Both the position numbers and the translations under genes were made by a program. Under the pieces are notes generated by a model. The model was given only the letters and a program-made list of their open reading frames with translations, searched no databases and had not been told where the DNA came from. A DNA stretch of 64,000 nucleotides from an uncultured Verrucomicrobiales bacterium (GTDB taxonomy: Bacteria; Verrucomicrobiota; Verrucomicrobiia; Verrucomicrobiales; Akkermansiaceae): assembly GCA_947039485.1 (NCBI GenBank), contig CAMQZC010000009.1:10974-74973 (forward strand), written 5' to 3'. Of this stretch, positions 54,409 through 64,000 are shown piece after piece; within the stretch, counting starts at the first letter, position 1; every line of letters begins with the position of its first letter.

Positions 54409-56409
54409 TCAGCTCAGGGATAAATCAGCATTGATGCTAGTCTCTGCGAGCTCAATGGCTGTATTAACCTCCTCCCACTGGCTAAAGAAGGTGGCCTCCG
54501 TGCGCTCCAGTTGCTGGTGCCGCTGGGTGAGCTCCATGAGTTTTTGGTTGTCGCTGAGGTTGTCAGGATTGCCGAGTTGGGCTGCTATCTTAGTACGCAT
54601 CGCCTCGGTATCTGCAATACCCTTCTCAATTTGAGTGAGTTTCTGCCTTAGGGGTTTGACTGTTTTGGCACGACGCTGACGAGCCTCGGCCTCAAGGCGT
54701 TTTTGCTCCTTGCGGTTGACATTGCTCTGCTGAGCAAAGGCATTGTTAGCATCCGCCGTGGGGGGTGCCTGAGTGCCAGCCTGCTTGGCGCGGCGCTGCT
54801 CTAAATCAACACTCTCGATATAGGCGGAGACATTGCCATAGAAGACGCGTGGAGCATGGCCATTGCGAAACTCGAGCACCTTGTTGACAATAGGATCGAG
54901 GAACTGGCGATTATGCGAGACAATGCAGTAGGAGCCTGGGTAGTCAAGCAGCGCTTGTTGCAGCACTGATTGGCTCTGGAAGTCCAAGTGATTGGTAGGC
55001 TCATCCATGATGAGGAAGTTGGCAGGATGCAGCAGCATGCAGCAGAGAGCAACACGGGAGCGCTCACCACCAGAGAGGACGCCAATCTTTTTAAAGACAT
55101 CATCACCGCGGAAGAGGAAGCAGCCCAATATATTGCGCGCCAGCGGGCGAGTCTCACGACTCGCGGCAAACTCAACACACTCCAACACCGTAGAATCATC
55201 ATTGAGCAAGTCAGCGTGAGTCTGCGAGAAGAAGGCGAGCTGCGTATGCTTGCCAAGGTTAAACTGACCGCTATCAGGCGCCTCAGTGCCCGAGGCAATG
55301 CGGGTGAAGGTAGACTTACCCGAGCCATTGACACCGACGATGGCAATGCGATCGCCCTTATCCAGACTAAAGTCGTAGTCATCAAGTAGCGTGATGGAGC
55401 CATAGGCCTTGCAGACTTTCTCCATATTAAAGACATTGTGACCACAGATTGGGGGCGCAGGGAAATTAAAGCTCATCACCGCGTCATCATCCTCAATCTC
55501 GATACGCACAACTTTCTCAAGCTGCTTCATGCGGCTCTGAGCCTGTGTAGCCTTACTTGCCTTGGCGCGGAAGCGGTCAATGAACTGCTGGGCCTTTGCG
55601 ATCTCGCGATCCTGAGCCTTGACTTGACGGCGCAAAATATCCTTGCGCAGCACGCTTTCCTTGAGGAAGAATGAGAAATTACCGGAGTACTCCTCAGCTC
55701 GGCCATGGTGGAAGGCAATTGTGCGATTCACCAGACTGTCCAGCAGGGACACATCATGGCTGATAATGCAGATAGCGCCGCGATAGTTGCGCAGGTACTG
55801 CTCCATCCATCGCTGGCTCTGAATATCAAGGTGATTGGTGGGCTCATCGAGCAGCAGCACGTCGGGCTCTTGGAGCAGCAGCTTTGAGAGCGCTATGCGC
55901 ATCTGCCAGCCACCTGAGAACTGACCACAGTCGCGCTCAAAGTCGCGATCCTTAAATCCAAGACCACGCAGGATTGACTCCACACGAGGGCGCAGCGTTG
56001 CCGCATCGAGCTCTTGAAGCAGTAGCTCGTTGTGGCCAATCTCCTCAAGTGCATCCATATACGCAGGAGTACTTGAGTCCATGCTAATCAGAGCATCGGA
56101 GAGCTCGTCAACAACCTCTTGCAGCTTGACAATATCACCAACAGCACCCAGCACCTCATTAATCAGGCTAGAGCCGCTGATATGAATACCATCCTGAGGC
56201 AGATAACCTACCTCACTGTACTTGGGACGCAGCACGCGGCCACGGTCAGGGGTGATGATACCAGCCACACACTTCATCAGTGTGGACTTACCAGCTCCAT
56301 TTTGACCAGCAAAGGCAATGCGCTCACCACGCTCAACAACAAAGGAGAGCGAGTCAAACAGCACGCGAGCACCGTATTCAATATGCAGCTCTTGGACAGC
56401 AAAAACCAT
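54409..56409 (-). CDS. ABC-F family ATPase (Uup/EttA-like, no TM domain)
   Basis: Two cassettes: GQNGAGKST / FSGGWQMR / LLLDEPTNHLD and GVNGSGKST / LSGGERSR / LIMDEPTNHLD. C-terminal charged coiled coil. Confidence 0.92.
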   Translation of the reverse strand: MVFAVQELHIEYGARVLFDSLSFVVERGERIAFAGQNGAGKSTLMKCVAGIITPDRGRVLRPKYSEVGYLPQDGIHISGSSLINEVLGAVGDIVKLQEVVDELSDALISMDSSTPAYMDALEEIGHNELLLQELDAATLRPRVESILRGLGFKDRDFERDCGQFSGGWQMRIALSKLLLQEPDVLLLDEPTNHLDIQSQRWMEQYLRNYRGAICIISHDVSLLDSLVNRTIAFHHGRAEEYSGNFSFFLKESVLRKDILRRQVKAQDREIAKAQQFIDRFRAKASKATQAQSRMKQLEKVVRIEIEDDDAVMSFNFPAPPICGHNVFNMEKVCKAYGSITLLDDYDFSLDKGDRIAIVGVNGSGKSTFTRIASGTEAPDSGQFNLGKHTQLAFFSQTHADLLNDDSTVLECVEFAASRETRPLARNILGCFLFRGDDVFKKIGVLSGGERSRVALCCMLLHPANFLIMDEPTNHLDFQSQSVLQQALLDYPGSYCIVSHNRQFLDPIVNKVLEFRNGHAPRVFYGNVSAYIESVDLEQRRAKQAGTQAPPTADANNAFAQQSNVNRKEQKRLEAEARQRRAKTVKPLRQKLTQIEKGIADTEAMRTKIAAQLGNPDNLSDNQKLMELTQRHQQLERTEATFFSQWEEVNTAIELAETSINADLSLS

Positions 56410-56495
56410 GATAGGAATCGATATGTAAAATGGGCGAGGTCACGCCTCGCCCAGAAAAACAGGAGTCAGCAAGCGCTAGGCTAGCTGAGCCGCGA

Positions 56496-57029
56496 TTAGC
56501 TCATCTTACCGTTCCAACGAGCGATGTTGGCAGATTCTTCTTCAATGAGGTCATCAATGCTGTCATGAATCTCAATAGAGATAATCTTGTCAGACTGAGT
56601 CATTGCGTTGACCACCTTTTGATCGGCGGCAGATTCAATAGAACCAAAGATTGTGTGCTTGCCATTGAGCCAAGTTGTAGGCACGTGAGTGATGAAGAAT
56701 TGGGAACCATTGGTACCATTACCCTTCCAGTCGCGACCAGCGTTAGCCATAGCGAGCAGACCTGCAGCGTTAAACTTGAGATCAGGACGGCACTCATCAT
56801 CAAACTTGTAGCCAGGACCACCAGTACCTGTACCAGTAGGATCACCACCTTGGACCATAAAGTCAGCAATAACGCGGTGGAAGCTCAGGCCATCATAGTA
56901 GCCACGGCTTGCGAGATTAAGGAAATTTGCAGCCGTCATTGGGGTCTTGGATGCAAAGAGAACCAGCTTGATATCGCCCTTGCTGGTCTTCATTGTGATT
57001 TTTTTATCAGTTGCCATGCGCGATATCAT
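56496..57029 (-). CDS. ppiB: Cyclophilin-type peptidyl-prolyl isomerase
   Basis: [50 protein letters not shown]. The start may be M5 (57017). Confidence 0.92.
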   Translation of the reverse strand: MISRMATDKKITMKTSKGDIKLVLFASKTPMTAANFLNLASRGYYDGLSFHRVIADFMVQGGDPTGTGTGGPGYKFDDECRPDLKFNAAGLLAMANAGRDWKGNGTNGSQFFITHVPTTWLNGKHTIFGSIESAADQKVVNAMTQSDKIISIEIHDSIDDLIEEESANIARWNGKMS

Positions 57030-57070
57030 ACAGCAAGTGAAAAGAAAAGCAAGACTAAAGCCTCAGCGAC

Positions 57071-57358
57071 TCAATCCTTGTAGATTGACTGGTGTGCAAT
57101 CGCAGTCTGAGGCTTAGCCGCGATATCAATAGCGCGATTGACCACATCCTCACTATTACTATTAAACTTGTAGGCGCTGCAGGCGGGGCAGCAGTCGCAC
57201 TCCCTATCGACAATAGCCTCACAGACGATACAAATCTTGTAGCTAATCGGATCCTCGATGATGGACTTTGCCATCTCCATGCGATCTTGTTGAGTGGGCA
57301 TCTTAGATAAATAAGGAAGAGGAGCATCAACCAAAGGCTGATGCTCCATCTTGTTCAA
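57071..57358 (-). CDS. Small zinc-ribbon protein (hypothetical)
   Basis: 95 aa with CIVCEAIVDRECDCCPAC (CxxC ... CxxC). Confidence 0.45.
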   Translation of the reverse strand: MNKMEHQPLVDAPLPYLSKMPTQQDRMEMAKSIIEDPISYKICIVCEAIVDRECDCCPACSAYKFNSNSEDVVNRAIDIAAKPQTAIAHQSIYKD

Positions 57359-57382
57359 AAAGTCGAAAACCTAAAGAAGAAC

Positions 57383-57646
57383 TTAGGCGATGCTGGCAAT
57401 AGCCTTAGCAGCCTTGCTCTTGTAGTTAGCTGCACGATTAGCAGGAACAGAGTTGTTCTTCGCTGCTTTATCGATAGCGGATGCAAATAAGTTATAAGCT
57501 GCTGATGCTGCTTCTTTGTCGTTAGCTGCAACAGCTTCCCCGAGGTTCTTACGGAGGGTGCGAACGCGGGCTTGTGCGGAACGATTCATTGCCGTACGTT
57601 TAAGGGTCTGACGGATGCGCTTCTTAGCGGACAGGGTGTGGGCCAT
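57383..57646 (-). CDS. rpsT: 30S ribosomal protein S20
   Basis: MAHTLSAKKRIRQTLKRTAMNRSAQARVRTLRK... Basic, 87 aa, S20 pattern. Confidence 0.92.
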   Translation of the reverse strand: MAHTLSAKKRIRQTLKRTAMNRSAQARVRTLRKNLGEAVAANDKEAASAAYNLFASAIDKAAKNNSVPANRAANYKSKAAKAIASIA

Positions 57647-57820
57647 AATAAAAATTGATGTTGTTTAGGATTTCGAGATTCTCGTGGCGGTTAGTTTACC
57701 TTCTTTGACCATAATGTCAAGTGAATTGATTAAAAATTGCTTGTTTTTCCTGTAAATCTCCTACTCTAGGCTATAGAATGACGCTTGCCAAGCCCTAACT
57801 AACATGATAGAATACCTTAC

Positions 57821-58477
57821 ATGAAAACATCTTTACCAGCCGTGGGGCTACTTAGCTTATTTGCACTTGCATCCTGCACGAGCAACTCAGGCTCCCTCGC
57901 CTCATCTGGCGAAGAACGCCGCATCATCATGCCATCCCAGCGCGGTAAAGTACTCCACAGCAAATCCCCCGCGACTACAGCCGCCCCGGCAGCAAGCACG
58001 ATATCGGAGGCGAGCAGCACAGCCTCACAAGCGAGTGAAGCCGATGCCAAGCCTGCTAAAAAGAGAGGCGGCTTCTTTGCCTTCCTCGGCTTTGGTTCCA
58101 GCGATGATAACAATGTTGAGCCCGAAATCCAGATTGAGACCAAGGCAGCTGCTCTTGACGCCAACTCTGGCCTGAGCCCCGTAAGCACGCCCCTGCTCAA
58201 CTCCCAGCCCGCCACCGCCATCAATCCTCTTGAGGGCACAACAACCCAGCAACCCAGCGCCGCGCAAGCCGCTGCCGCTGCCACCATCATCAGCGGAGAG
58301 CTCCCTCCCTCTACAGAGGCACTCTCTCCCATGAGCAACTCCCTGCGTGGTCCCAACAATGACACGCCTGAGGAGCACTCCAGCCGCCAAGACGGCAGCG
58401 CACCACGCCCCAACTCAATCGAGCTCCGAGGCCTACGCTCCCCCTCTCTGCCCAAAAACCTTCCAATGAAGTTCTAA
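57821..58477 (+). CDS. Low-complexity Ser/Ala/Pro-rich lipoprotein
   Basis: Signal peptide with lipobox (LLSLFALASCTS). Preferred over the antisense ORF 57817..58455. Confidence 0.6.
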   Translation: MKTSLPAVGLLSLFALASCTSNSGSLASSGEERRIIMPSQRGKVLHSKSPATTAAPAASTISEASSTASQASEADAKPAKKRGGFFAFLGFGSSDDNNVEPEIQIETKAAALDANSGLSPVSTPLLNSQPATAINPLEGTTTQQPSAAQAAAAATIISGELPPSTEALSPMSNSLRGPNNDTPEEHSSRQDGSAPRPNSIELRGLRSPSLPKNLPMKF

Positions 58478-58544
58478 GTGAGCTCTTTGACGCAATCGCA
58501 ACGAATGAGCCCAGAGCACACAACCTTTTTTTACACACGATACA

Positions 58545-59777
58545 ATGACCCAAGCACACGTACCACACAAGTTTGTCCCCACCCCCTTTGACTACCACCA
58601 AGAGCTCGAGCTCACGATTGAGTCCTTATCCAACCAAGGTATAGGCATCGCCCGTATCGACAACTGGGTTGTTTTTGTACCAGCTTGCCTGCCCGGCGAG
58701 AAGGTAATTGCCAGCATCTTCCGCAATGAGAAGAACTGCTCGCAAGCTGACCTTGTCCGCGTCATTGAGCCATCCCCCCATCGCGTGACACCTCCCTGCC
58801 CCGTCTACGGATACTGCGGCGGCTGCCAATACCAGCATCTTGAGTACAACGAGCAACTGCGATGGAAGACATCTCAGGTAGCTGACTTGCTGCGTCTGCA
58901 AGCTGGACTTGAGCTGGAGGTACTGCCTGCCATCCCCTCCCCCAAGACCTACGGCTACCGCTCCAAGATCACCCCTCACTTCCACAAGCCTAAGGATGCC
59001 AAGATTGGCAACATCGGCTTCCTGCGCTTAGGCACACGAAGCGAGGTATGCGACATCCAGCGCTGCCCCATTGCCATGGATGAGCTCAACGACGTGCTCC
59101 CTCTCGTGCGCAAGGCCACCCATGCCGCTGCCTCACAGTACAAACGCGGCGCTACGCTGCTCATGCGCGTGAGTGAGGGTTGTGTCATCTCAAACCACGC
59201 TGCCGTCTGCACGGAGCAGGTCGGGGATCTGAGCTTCAACTTCCTCGCTGGCGATTTCTTCCAAAACAACCCCTACATCCTCCCAGCCTTCACTAGCTAC
59301 GTCGCGGCTCAGGCCAGCGCCTCTGGTGCTCGCTACCTCGTTGATGCCTACTGCGGCAGCGGCCTCTTTGCACTGAGCCTCGCCTCCCACTTTGAGAAGG
59401 TGCTCGGCGTTGAGGTTAGTGAAACAAGTGCTGACTGGGCTCGTTCCAATGCGCGCAGCAACAAAATTGAGCATGCCGACTTCCTCGCAGCTAGCGCTGA
59501 GGCCATTTTTGAGAAGGTAGACTTCCCAGCAGAAGAGACAGCCGTCGTCATCGATCCCCCTCGCAAGGGCTGTGACATCGTCTTCCTCGACCAGCTCTTT
59601 GCCTTTGGGCCCAAGCGCGTCGTCTACGTCTCCTGCAACCCATCCACCCAGATTCGTGACCTCGCAGAGTTCGACAAGGCAGGCTACAAGGTTATCGAGG
59701 TACAGCCCTTTGACCTCTTCCCCCAAACCAAACACCTTGAGTGTGTCGTCACACTTGAAAAAAACCAATCATCCTAA
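58545..59777 (+). CDS. rlmD: 23S rRNA (uracil-5-)-methyltransferase, RumA/RlmD family (TRAM + Fe-S + SAM MTase)
   Basis: TRAM-like N-terminus. Cys cluster CPVYGYCGGCQYQH. SAM motif LVDAYCGSGLFAL, DPPRKG, nucleophile context VYVSCNPST. Confidence 0.85.
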   Translation: MTQAHVPHKFVPTPFDYHQELELTIESLSNQGIGIARIDNWVVFVPACLPGEKVIASIFRNEKNCSQADLVRVIEPSPHRVTPPCPVYGYCGGCQYQHLEYNEQLRWKTSQVADLLRLQAGLELEVLPAIPSPKTYGYRSKITPHFHKPKDAKIGNIGFLRLGTRSEVCDIQRCPIAMDELNDVLPLVRKATHAAASQYKRGATLLMRVSEGCVISNHAAVCTEQVGDLSFNFLAGDFFQNNPYILPAFTSYVAAQASASGARYLVDAYCGSGLFALSLASHFEKVLGVEVSETSADWARSNARSNKIEHADFLAASAEAIFEKVDFPAEETAVVIDPPRKGCDIVFLDQLFAFGPKRVVYVSCNPSTQIRDLAEFDKAGYKVIEVQPFDLFPQTKHLECVVTLEKNQSS

Positions 59778-59779
59778 CG

Positions 59780-60178
59780 ATGCACCAACCACCGCCAGCA
59801 GGACGACTCAGCCAGAGTGCAGAAGATTACCTCGAAGCCATCGGTACACTCTGCCAGAAGAACGGGCAAGCGCAAGTGAGCGACATTGCAGAGATGCTCC
59901 ATGTCAAAAAGCCTAGCGTCACCGTCGCCATCCGCCAGCTCCACGAGCAAGGTCTTGTCGACTACCGCAGCTACGCCCCCGTCACCCTCACAGAGAAGGG
60001 CAAAATCTATGCGGAGAAGGTCATGCAGGCTCACAGCATCCTCACTCACTTCCTCAGGATAGCCGCGGACATGTGCCCCGAGCGAGCAGACGCCATCGCC
60101 TGCGAGCTCGAGCACTGCCTTACCTACGAGGAGATTACTCGCATTGAGGAGCTCTACCCCAAGGATTCTCAAGACTAA
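59780..60178 (+). CDS. DtxR/MntR-family metal-dependent repressor
   Basis: LSQSAEDYLEAIGTLCQKNGQAQVSDIAEMLHVKKPSVTVAIRQL..GLV.Y is the DtxR-type HTH, followed by a metal-binding helical domain. Confidence 0.85.
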   Translation: MHQPPPAGRLSQSAEDYLEAIGTLCQKNGQAQVSDIAEMLHVKKPSVTVAIRQLHEQGLVDYRSYAPVTLTEKGKIYAEKVMQAHSILTHFLRIAADMCPERADAIACELEHCLTYEEITRIEELYPKDSQD

Positions 60179-60215
60179 TTTTGAACAACAGAGCTCTGTA
60201 CCAATCAAAAGAAAC

Positions 60216-60962
60216 ATGAACGCCAGCTACCATCAACCACAGGTAAGCAACCCCAGCGCCACAAAGTCGCTCATTATCATCAATGCGGTGATCTTTATTG
60301 CGGGCATGTACGCCAAGCAAGATGCCGGGCAAAGCAACTCCATCTTTGAGATTTATGGCTCCTACATCTGGTATGACTGCTTCATGCAGGGTGAATATTG
60401 GCGTCTGATTAGCTACCAGTTCCTGCATGCCTCCCCCTGGCACATCTTCGGCAACATGTGGGCGCTCTACTTCTTTGGCAGCGCTGTTGAGCAAATCTTT
60501 GGCTCCGTACGATTCCTCATCTACTACCTCGTCTGCGGTGTTGGTGGCGCGCTCTTCTCCTCCCTGCTGGCAGGCACAGGCATCTACCACAATGCAGTAA
60601 GCTCTCCGCTAGCTCAACAGTACACACAAACACGCGCCAACTATATCAACTATATCAACGACAGCGATACGGCCAAGGTCTGGGAATTTATCCCCATGGT
60701 CGGAGCCTCTGCTGCGGTCTGTGGCATCATGGTGGCTGCGGCCTTCATGTTCCCCACCGCGCAAGTCTCGCTACTCTTCCCCCCCATCACCCTCAGCCTG
60801 CGCAATCTATCACTCATCGTGATAGGCATCGCCACCCTCACGGTCTTGATGAGTGGGTCCAACGCTGGTGGTGAAGCAGGTCATCTGGGCGGCATCTTGG
60901 TAGGTGCCATCATCATGTACATCCTGCGACTGCGCTACCTACGCTCGCTGCGCTCCCAATGA
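60216..60962 (+). CDS. Rhomboid-family intramembrane serine protease
   Basis: WRLISYQFLHASPWHIFGNMWALYFFG, catalytic Ser in VGASAAVCGIM, catalytic His in EAGHLGGILVG. Start taken at MNASYH. Confidence 0.88.
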   Translation: MNASYHQPQVSNPSATKSLIIINAVIFIAGMYAKQDAGQSNSIFEIYGSYIWYDCFMQGEYWRLISYQFLHASPWHIFGNMWALYFFGSAVEQIFGSVRFLIYYLVCGVGGALFSSLLAGTGIYHNAVSSPLAQQYTQTRANYINYINDSDTAKVWEFIPMVGASAAVCGIMVAAAFMFPTAQVSLLFPPITLSLRNLSLIVIGIATLTVLMSGSNAGGEAGHLGGILVGAIIMYILRLRYLRSLRSQ

Positions 60963-61642
60963 CGGCTCTCTTTGATATGGATGGCACCCTCTTTTGGGGG
61001 GACTCCCAGATGCGTTTTGCGCGCTGGGTGCTCAAGCGACACGCGCATCGTCGACTCTACCTGCTCGCGGTCATCCCTGCTAGCATCCTGCGCGGACTGG
61101 GCATCATCGACACGCCACTGATGAAGCGTGCCTTTCTCAGCTACGCCTATGGCATGAGTCAGGAGCAACTCAACGAGGAATGCCAGCTCTTCTGCGAGCA
61201 AGAACTCATGCCAGCCCTCTACCCCGAGGTCCTCGCCAAGCTGCGAGCCCACCAAAAGGCCGGTGACCGCACCATCCTCTGCTCAGCATCCCCTGACTGG
61301 TGGACGCAGTATATGGGGCGCATGCTCGGCTTTAGCCACTGTATTGGCAGCCCCATTGAGGAGAGTGCTCGCGTCCCCTTCATGCCAGTCATCCCAGCAC
61401 CGGGCAACAACAAGGGTCACAACAAACTCATTCGCCTGCGTGAGCAGCTCGGTATTACACATGCCGAGATTGGCTACAGCGACAGTGCCGCAGACCTACC
61501 CATGCTCAGCATCTGTGATCGCGCGGTACTCGTCAACCCCAAGGAAAGCCTCGTTGCCCAGCATCCCAAGGCTGAGATTCTACGCCCCAGCTGCCCCAAG
61601 CGCATGCTGCCCTTTATCCTGTGCAGCTTCTTTGGCATCTGA
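60959..61642 (+). CDS. HAD-IB family hydrolase (SerB-like phosphatase superfamily)
   Basis: Motif I LFDMDGTL, motif II CSASP, motif III/IV GYSDSAADLPML. ATGA overlap with the rhomboid gene. Confidence 0.8.
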   Translation: MTALFDMDGTLFWGDSQMRFARWVLKRHAHRRLYLLAVIPASILRGLGIIDTPLMKRAFLSYAYGMSQEQLNEECQLFCEQELMPALYPEVLAKLRAHQKAGDRTILCSASPDWWTQYMGRMLGFSHCIGSPIEESARVPFMPVIPAPGNNKGHNKLIRLREQLGITHAEIGYSDSAADLPMLSICDRAVLVNPKESLVAQHPKAEILRPSCPKRMLPFILCSFFGI

Positions 61643-61766
61643 GAGCCTCTCTCTCCAATAACGGCAGCGCTGAAGACAACGCTCAGACAACGTGACCACT
61701 CGCGCGACAGAGAGCTCCGTTGCGTCCCTCTGGGGATAACACTTGATTAGCGAGCGTTGCACGCAG

Positions 61767-61780
61767 GTCTAGATCTAGAC
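61767..61780. repeat. 14-bp perfect palindrome GTCTAGATCTAGAC in a 343-nt intergenic region
   Basis: Read directly from the sequence. Function unknown. Confidence 0.5.
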
Positions 61781-61985
61781 AGACTAGCCCTTTTGATCTG
61801 CTGGTTTATTATACTTGAATCTGGCGCATCCCTGAGCCAGCACAAGGTATTCTCATCAACGCATCGTGCGGACGACGCAGGTAGAGCAATCGCCGCGACT
61901 GCATCGCCTGTACAAACGCAAGCCTAAGAGGGCTCAGCGCAGCCTCGAGCAGCCTCGATGATAAAAGGAAAAACAGCGGCCTATC

Positions 61986-63221
61986 TTATTTTTTCTTTGG
62001 CAGACCGTACTCCATTGCAACGGCGGACTCACTCTCAATAGCGCGGCTTTCTTGAGTGAGCAACTCACGCTTCATTGCCTGAATATCTTTCTGAATCTTG
62101 ACATATTCTAAGGAAGTACTAGGGCGTATTGACTCTAGGTGATGGATACGCTTTTGCATATAATTTTGCCATTGATGATACGCCTGTACGCTTTTTTTGA
62201 GCGCGAGAAGCATCTCCTTGCGCTCACGCAGATCGCTGAATACATCCTGACAGACCATCTCGAAATTTTCCTTATTATCCTTATAGTTATTCCAATTATC
62301 CAGTCTGGTATCCAAATCATAGCTCAGACTAAGATTGAGCGTGGTGTCATCGCTGTCCAAGAAGGCCCCCTCATAGGTACCACCTGTTGAGCTAAAAAGC
62401 TGGGGGCTATAGAGGCTGGTGTTGAGAGTGGGCAGGTAGCGCAGTGCCACGCCGTACTGGCGCAGGCGTGCCTGCTCCACCGTGAGCGAAAACTGACATA
62501 CGACCAGAGGATCAAGACGCTCCAGCTTTTTAGAGTATTCGCCCCAACTGATGCGAGGCATAGTCTCAGGCAAGATGTGCCAACGAGCCTCGCTGTTACC
62601 GATGGTCTCAGCCACGGTCTTCCAATATTCCATCCCCTCCTTGCGTTGAGCATCCAGATCCGCAACGGAGCGATCAAGTCGACTTTTCTCGTAATCCAGC
62701 TTATCCGCCGCGCGAGTCTTTGCGGAGAGCTCATGCGTCCTCACCAAGCTATAGAGCTTGACCTGAATCTCACGCATGCTAGCCTCCTTAGACTTTCTGG
62801 CGGCAAACTCACTCGCCTTAGCCGAGTAGACTTGATAGGGAACCTGTGTGAGTGATGGCAGGGAAAAGCTCACATTGATATTGGAATTTGCCCCATCTAA
62901 ACTAGATGATTGAGTCCATTCACTGATCGATTTAGTCATCGACCCATAATAGGAGAAGCTCGGTATTAAATCCGTATACACGCTCAGCACCTGACGCTCG
63001 GCTGAGGCAATGCTAGAGTTTGCCTTGATGATAGAGGCATTACCCTCCTCCATCATAGCGAGCGCTTGATTCCATGAGATACTGCGCGAGGGCAGCTCAT
63101 CCCAAGACTTCACCTCAGCAAAGCGATCCTCAATCTTTAAGCCCGTCTCAGTGATACGCTCATCGAGACTACAGCCAAGAAGCAATAGAGAAAGAGTTAA
63201 CGCAATGGGGTAACGAATCAT
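61986..63221 (-). CDS. TolC-like outer-membrane efflux lipoprotein (OMF family), tentative
   Basis: Lipoprotein signal (LSLLLLGCS), then long heptad-like helical repeats with YTDLIPSFSYYGS and RYLPTLNTSLYSP, which are beta-strand/helix junctions typical of the OEP family. Confidence 0.55.
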   Translation of the reverse strand: MIRYPIALTLSLLLLGCSLDERITETGLKIEDRFAEVKSWDELPSRSISWNQALAMMEEGNASIIKANSSIASAERQVLSVYTDLIPSFSYYGSMTKSISEWTQSSSLDGANSNINVSFSLPSLTQVPYQVYSAKASEFAARKSKEASMREIQVKLYSLVRTHELSAKTRAADKLDYEKSRLDRSVADLDAQRKEGMEYWKTVAETIGNSEARWHILPETMPRISWGEYSKKLERLDPLVVCQFSLTVEQARLRQYGVALRYLPTLNTSLYSPQLFSSTGGTYEGAFLDSDDTTLNLSLSYDLDTRLDNWNNYKDNKENFEMVCQDVFSDLRERKEMLLALKKSVQAYHQWQNYMQKRIHHLESIRPSTSLEYVKIQKDIQAMKRELLTQESRAIESESAVAMEYGLPKKK

Positions 63222-63270
63222 GAGCAGGTATATTAGACAAATCCTAGCTATTTGGCAAGTCCCGTCTTTG

Positions 63271-64000
63271 TCAATGCCGCATATTGCGCCAAAGATAGAC
63301 CGTCACTATCAGACTGAGCACCCCTAGAATAGCACATTGCATCTGGGTACTAGCGCCAAGTAGATTGAGCGATTTCTGCAGCAGCACCGCCATCATCCCT
63401 AAAAAACAATCCACAAGATTACTCGCAGCAATCACATCACCACGCCTATCCTCAGCCGCACTATCTTGTAATCGAGCATTAAGCGGCACGAGAAAGCCTG
63501 AGGCCATGAAGCCGCAAAGCACAAGAGCGGGCAAAAACGCCACATCGTTCATATCGCAGCAGGCGAGCACAAAACAGCCAATCACCAAAAAAACACCCCC
63601 CCAATGAGTCACCCACATGCGAATGCGCTTGGCGCAGAGCACAGCGGCCGTCAGACCACCCATAATGGAGCCTAAGCTCAACCATGCGAGCAAGAGAGCA
63701 GAGTCCTTTTGCTGCCCAAGAACACTCATAAAGTCGCGCTCCTGAAGTGTCATCTCATTCGCATCGCCCGCAATTTGCAACACTAGCAGCATCATGGTAC
63801 CTCCAAGGAACCAAAAGAAACCAATCCCCACCTGACAACGCAGCAAAATCTTATTTTCAAGCAACGACCTAATCTGGATAAAATGCTGCCAAAGCAAACG
63901 CCAAGAGAACTCACGCTTACCCTTTGGCTCATAGCGGGGAATGCTCAGACTGAGAAAGAAAACAAGCAGTGCCGAGCCACAGCAAAAGAGCGTCGGCCAA
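63271..64000 (-). CDS. MFS-type transporter (LplT-like), C-terminal part; gene runs off the right edge
   Basis: The track ORF (63271..63897) begins at an internal TTG. My own translation shows the frame stays open to position 64000 (WPTLFCCGSALLVFFLSLSIPRYEPKGKREFSWRLLWQH...). Six hydrophobic helices. Confidence 0.65.
   Translation of the reverse strand, partial: WPTLFCCGSALLVFFLSLSIPRYEPKGKREFSWRLLWQHFIQIRSLLENKILLRCQVGIGFFWFLGGTMMLLVLQIAGDANEMTLQERDFMSVLGQQKDSALLLAWLSLGSIMGGLTAAVLCAKRIRMWVTHWGGVFLVIGCFVLACCDMNDVAFLPALVLCGFMASGFLVPLNARLQDSAAEDRRGDVIAASNLVDCFLGMMAVLLQKSLNLLGASTQMQCAILGVLSLIVTVYLWRNMRH

Noticed and set aside
57817-58455. 212-aa minus-strand ORF overlapping the 57821..58477 plus-strand ORF almost exactly.
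   Set aside because: The plus-strand product starts with a textbook lipoprotein signal (…FALASC). The minus-strand product has no signal or motif, so I kept the plus strand, although both are low complexity.
1-64000. Search by eye for CRISPR arrays, tRNA/rRNA genes, IS elements, integrases and prophage genes.
   Set aside because: I found no regularly spaced direct repeats, no cloverleaf-like or rRNA-like segments in the gene-free gaps, and no transposase or integrase motifs in any listed ORF. tRNAscan, Infernal and ISfinder would be needed for certainty.

Overview
A 64-kb chromosomal window from a moderately GC-rich diderm bacterium. Lnt, ExbB/ExbD, a TolC-like lipoprotein, a secreted sulfatase, a type III glutamine synthetase and a sigma-54 promoter suggest a PVC/Verrucomicrobia-like host, but that is only an impression. 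Most of the window is housekeeping: an argJ fragment, a fur-like regulator with sufCBD, tnaA, lnt, a GT8 glycosyltransferase, addB/addA, recN, polA, ispF, serS, recG, an rpiB-glyA fusion, rpsF, kdsD, lipA, glnN (GSIII), gap, an ABC-F ATPase, ppiB, rpsT, rlmD and others. I found no rRNA, tRNA, CRISPR array, transposase or integrase by eye. The main result is a compositionally foreign block at about 12.5-21.3 kb that carries three DNA methyltransferases. It contains a solitary FokI/Dam-like N6-adenine MTase and an HpaII-like C5-MTase/restriction endonuclease pair. Converging on that pair is a very AT-rich three-gene operon (16564-21097, minus strand). The operon encodes a C5-MTase, a 797-aa protein with two GHKL ATPase modules (MORC-like at the N-terminus, histidine-kinase-like at the C-terminus), and a 300-aa receiver (REC) protein ending in an RNHLAH HEPN motif. 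I read this as a candidate undescribed methylation-linked, two-component-style defence system (Detocs-like logic with a HEPN output). Other points worth a second look are a sulfatase gene broken by a 1-nt frameshift in a C7 run, a near-consensus sigma-54 promoter with an 18-bp perfect palindrome upstream of glnN, an RpiB-SHMT fusion protein, and third-codon-position/strand composition that flips twice in the window. All functional calls rest on motifs read from the supplied translations and on my own translations. No database search was possible.
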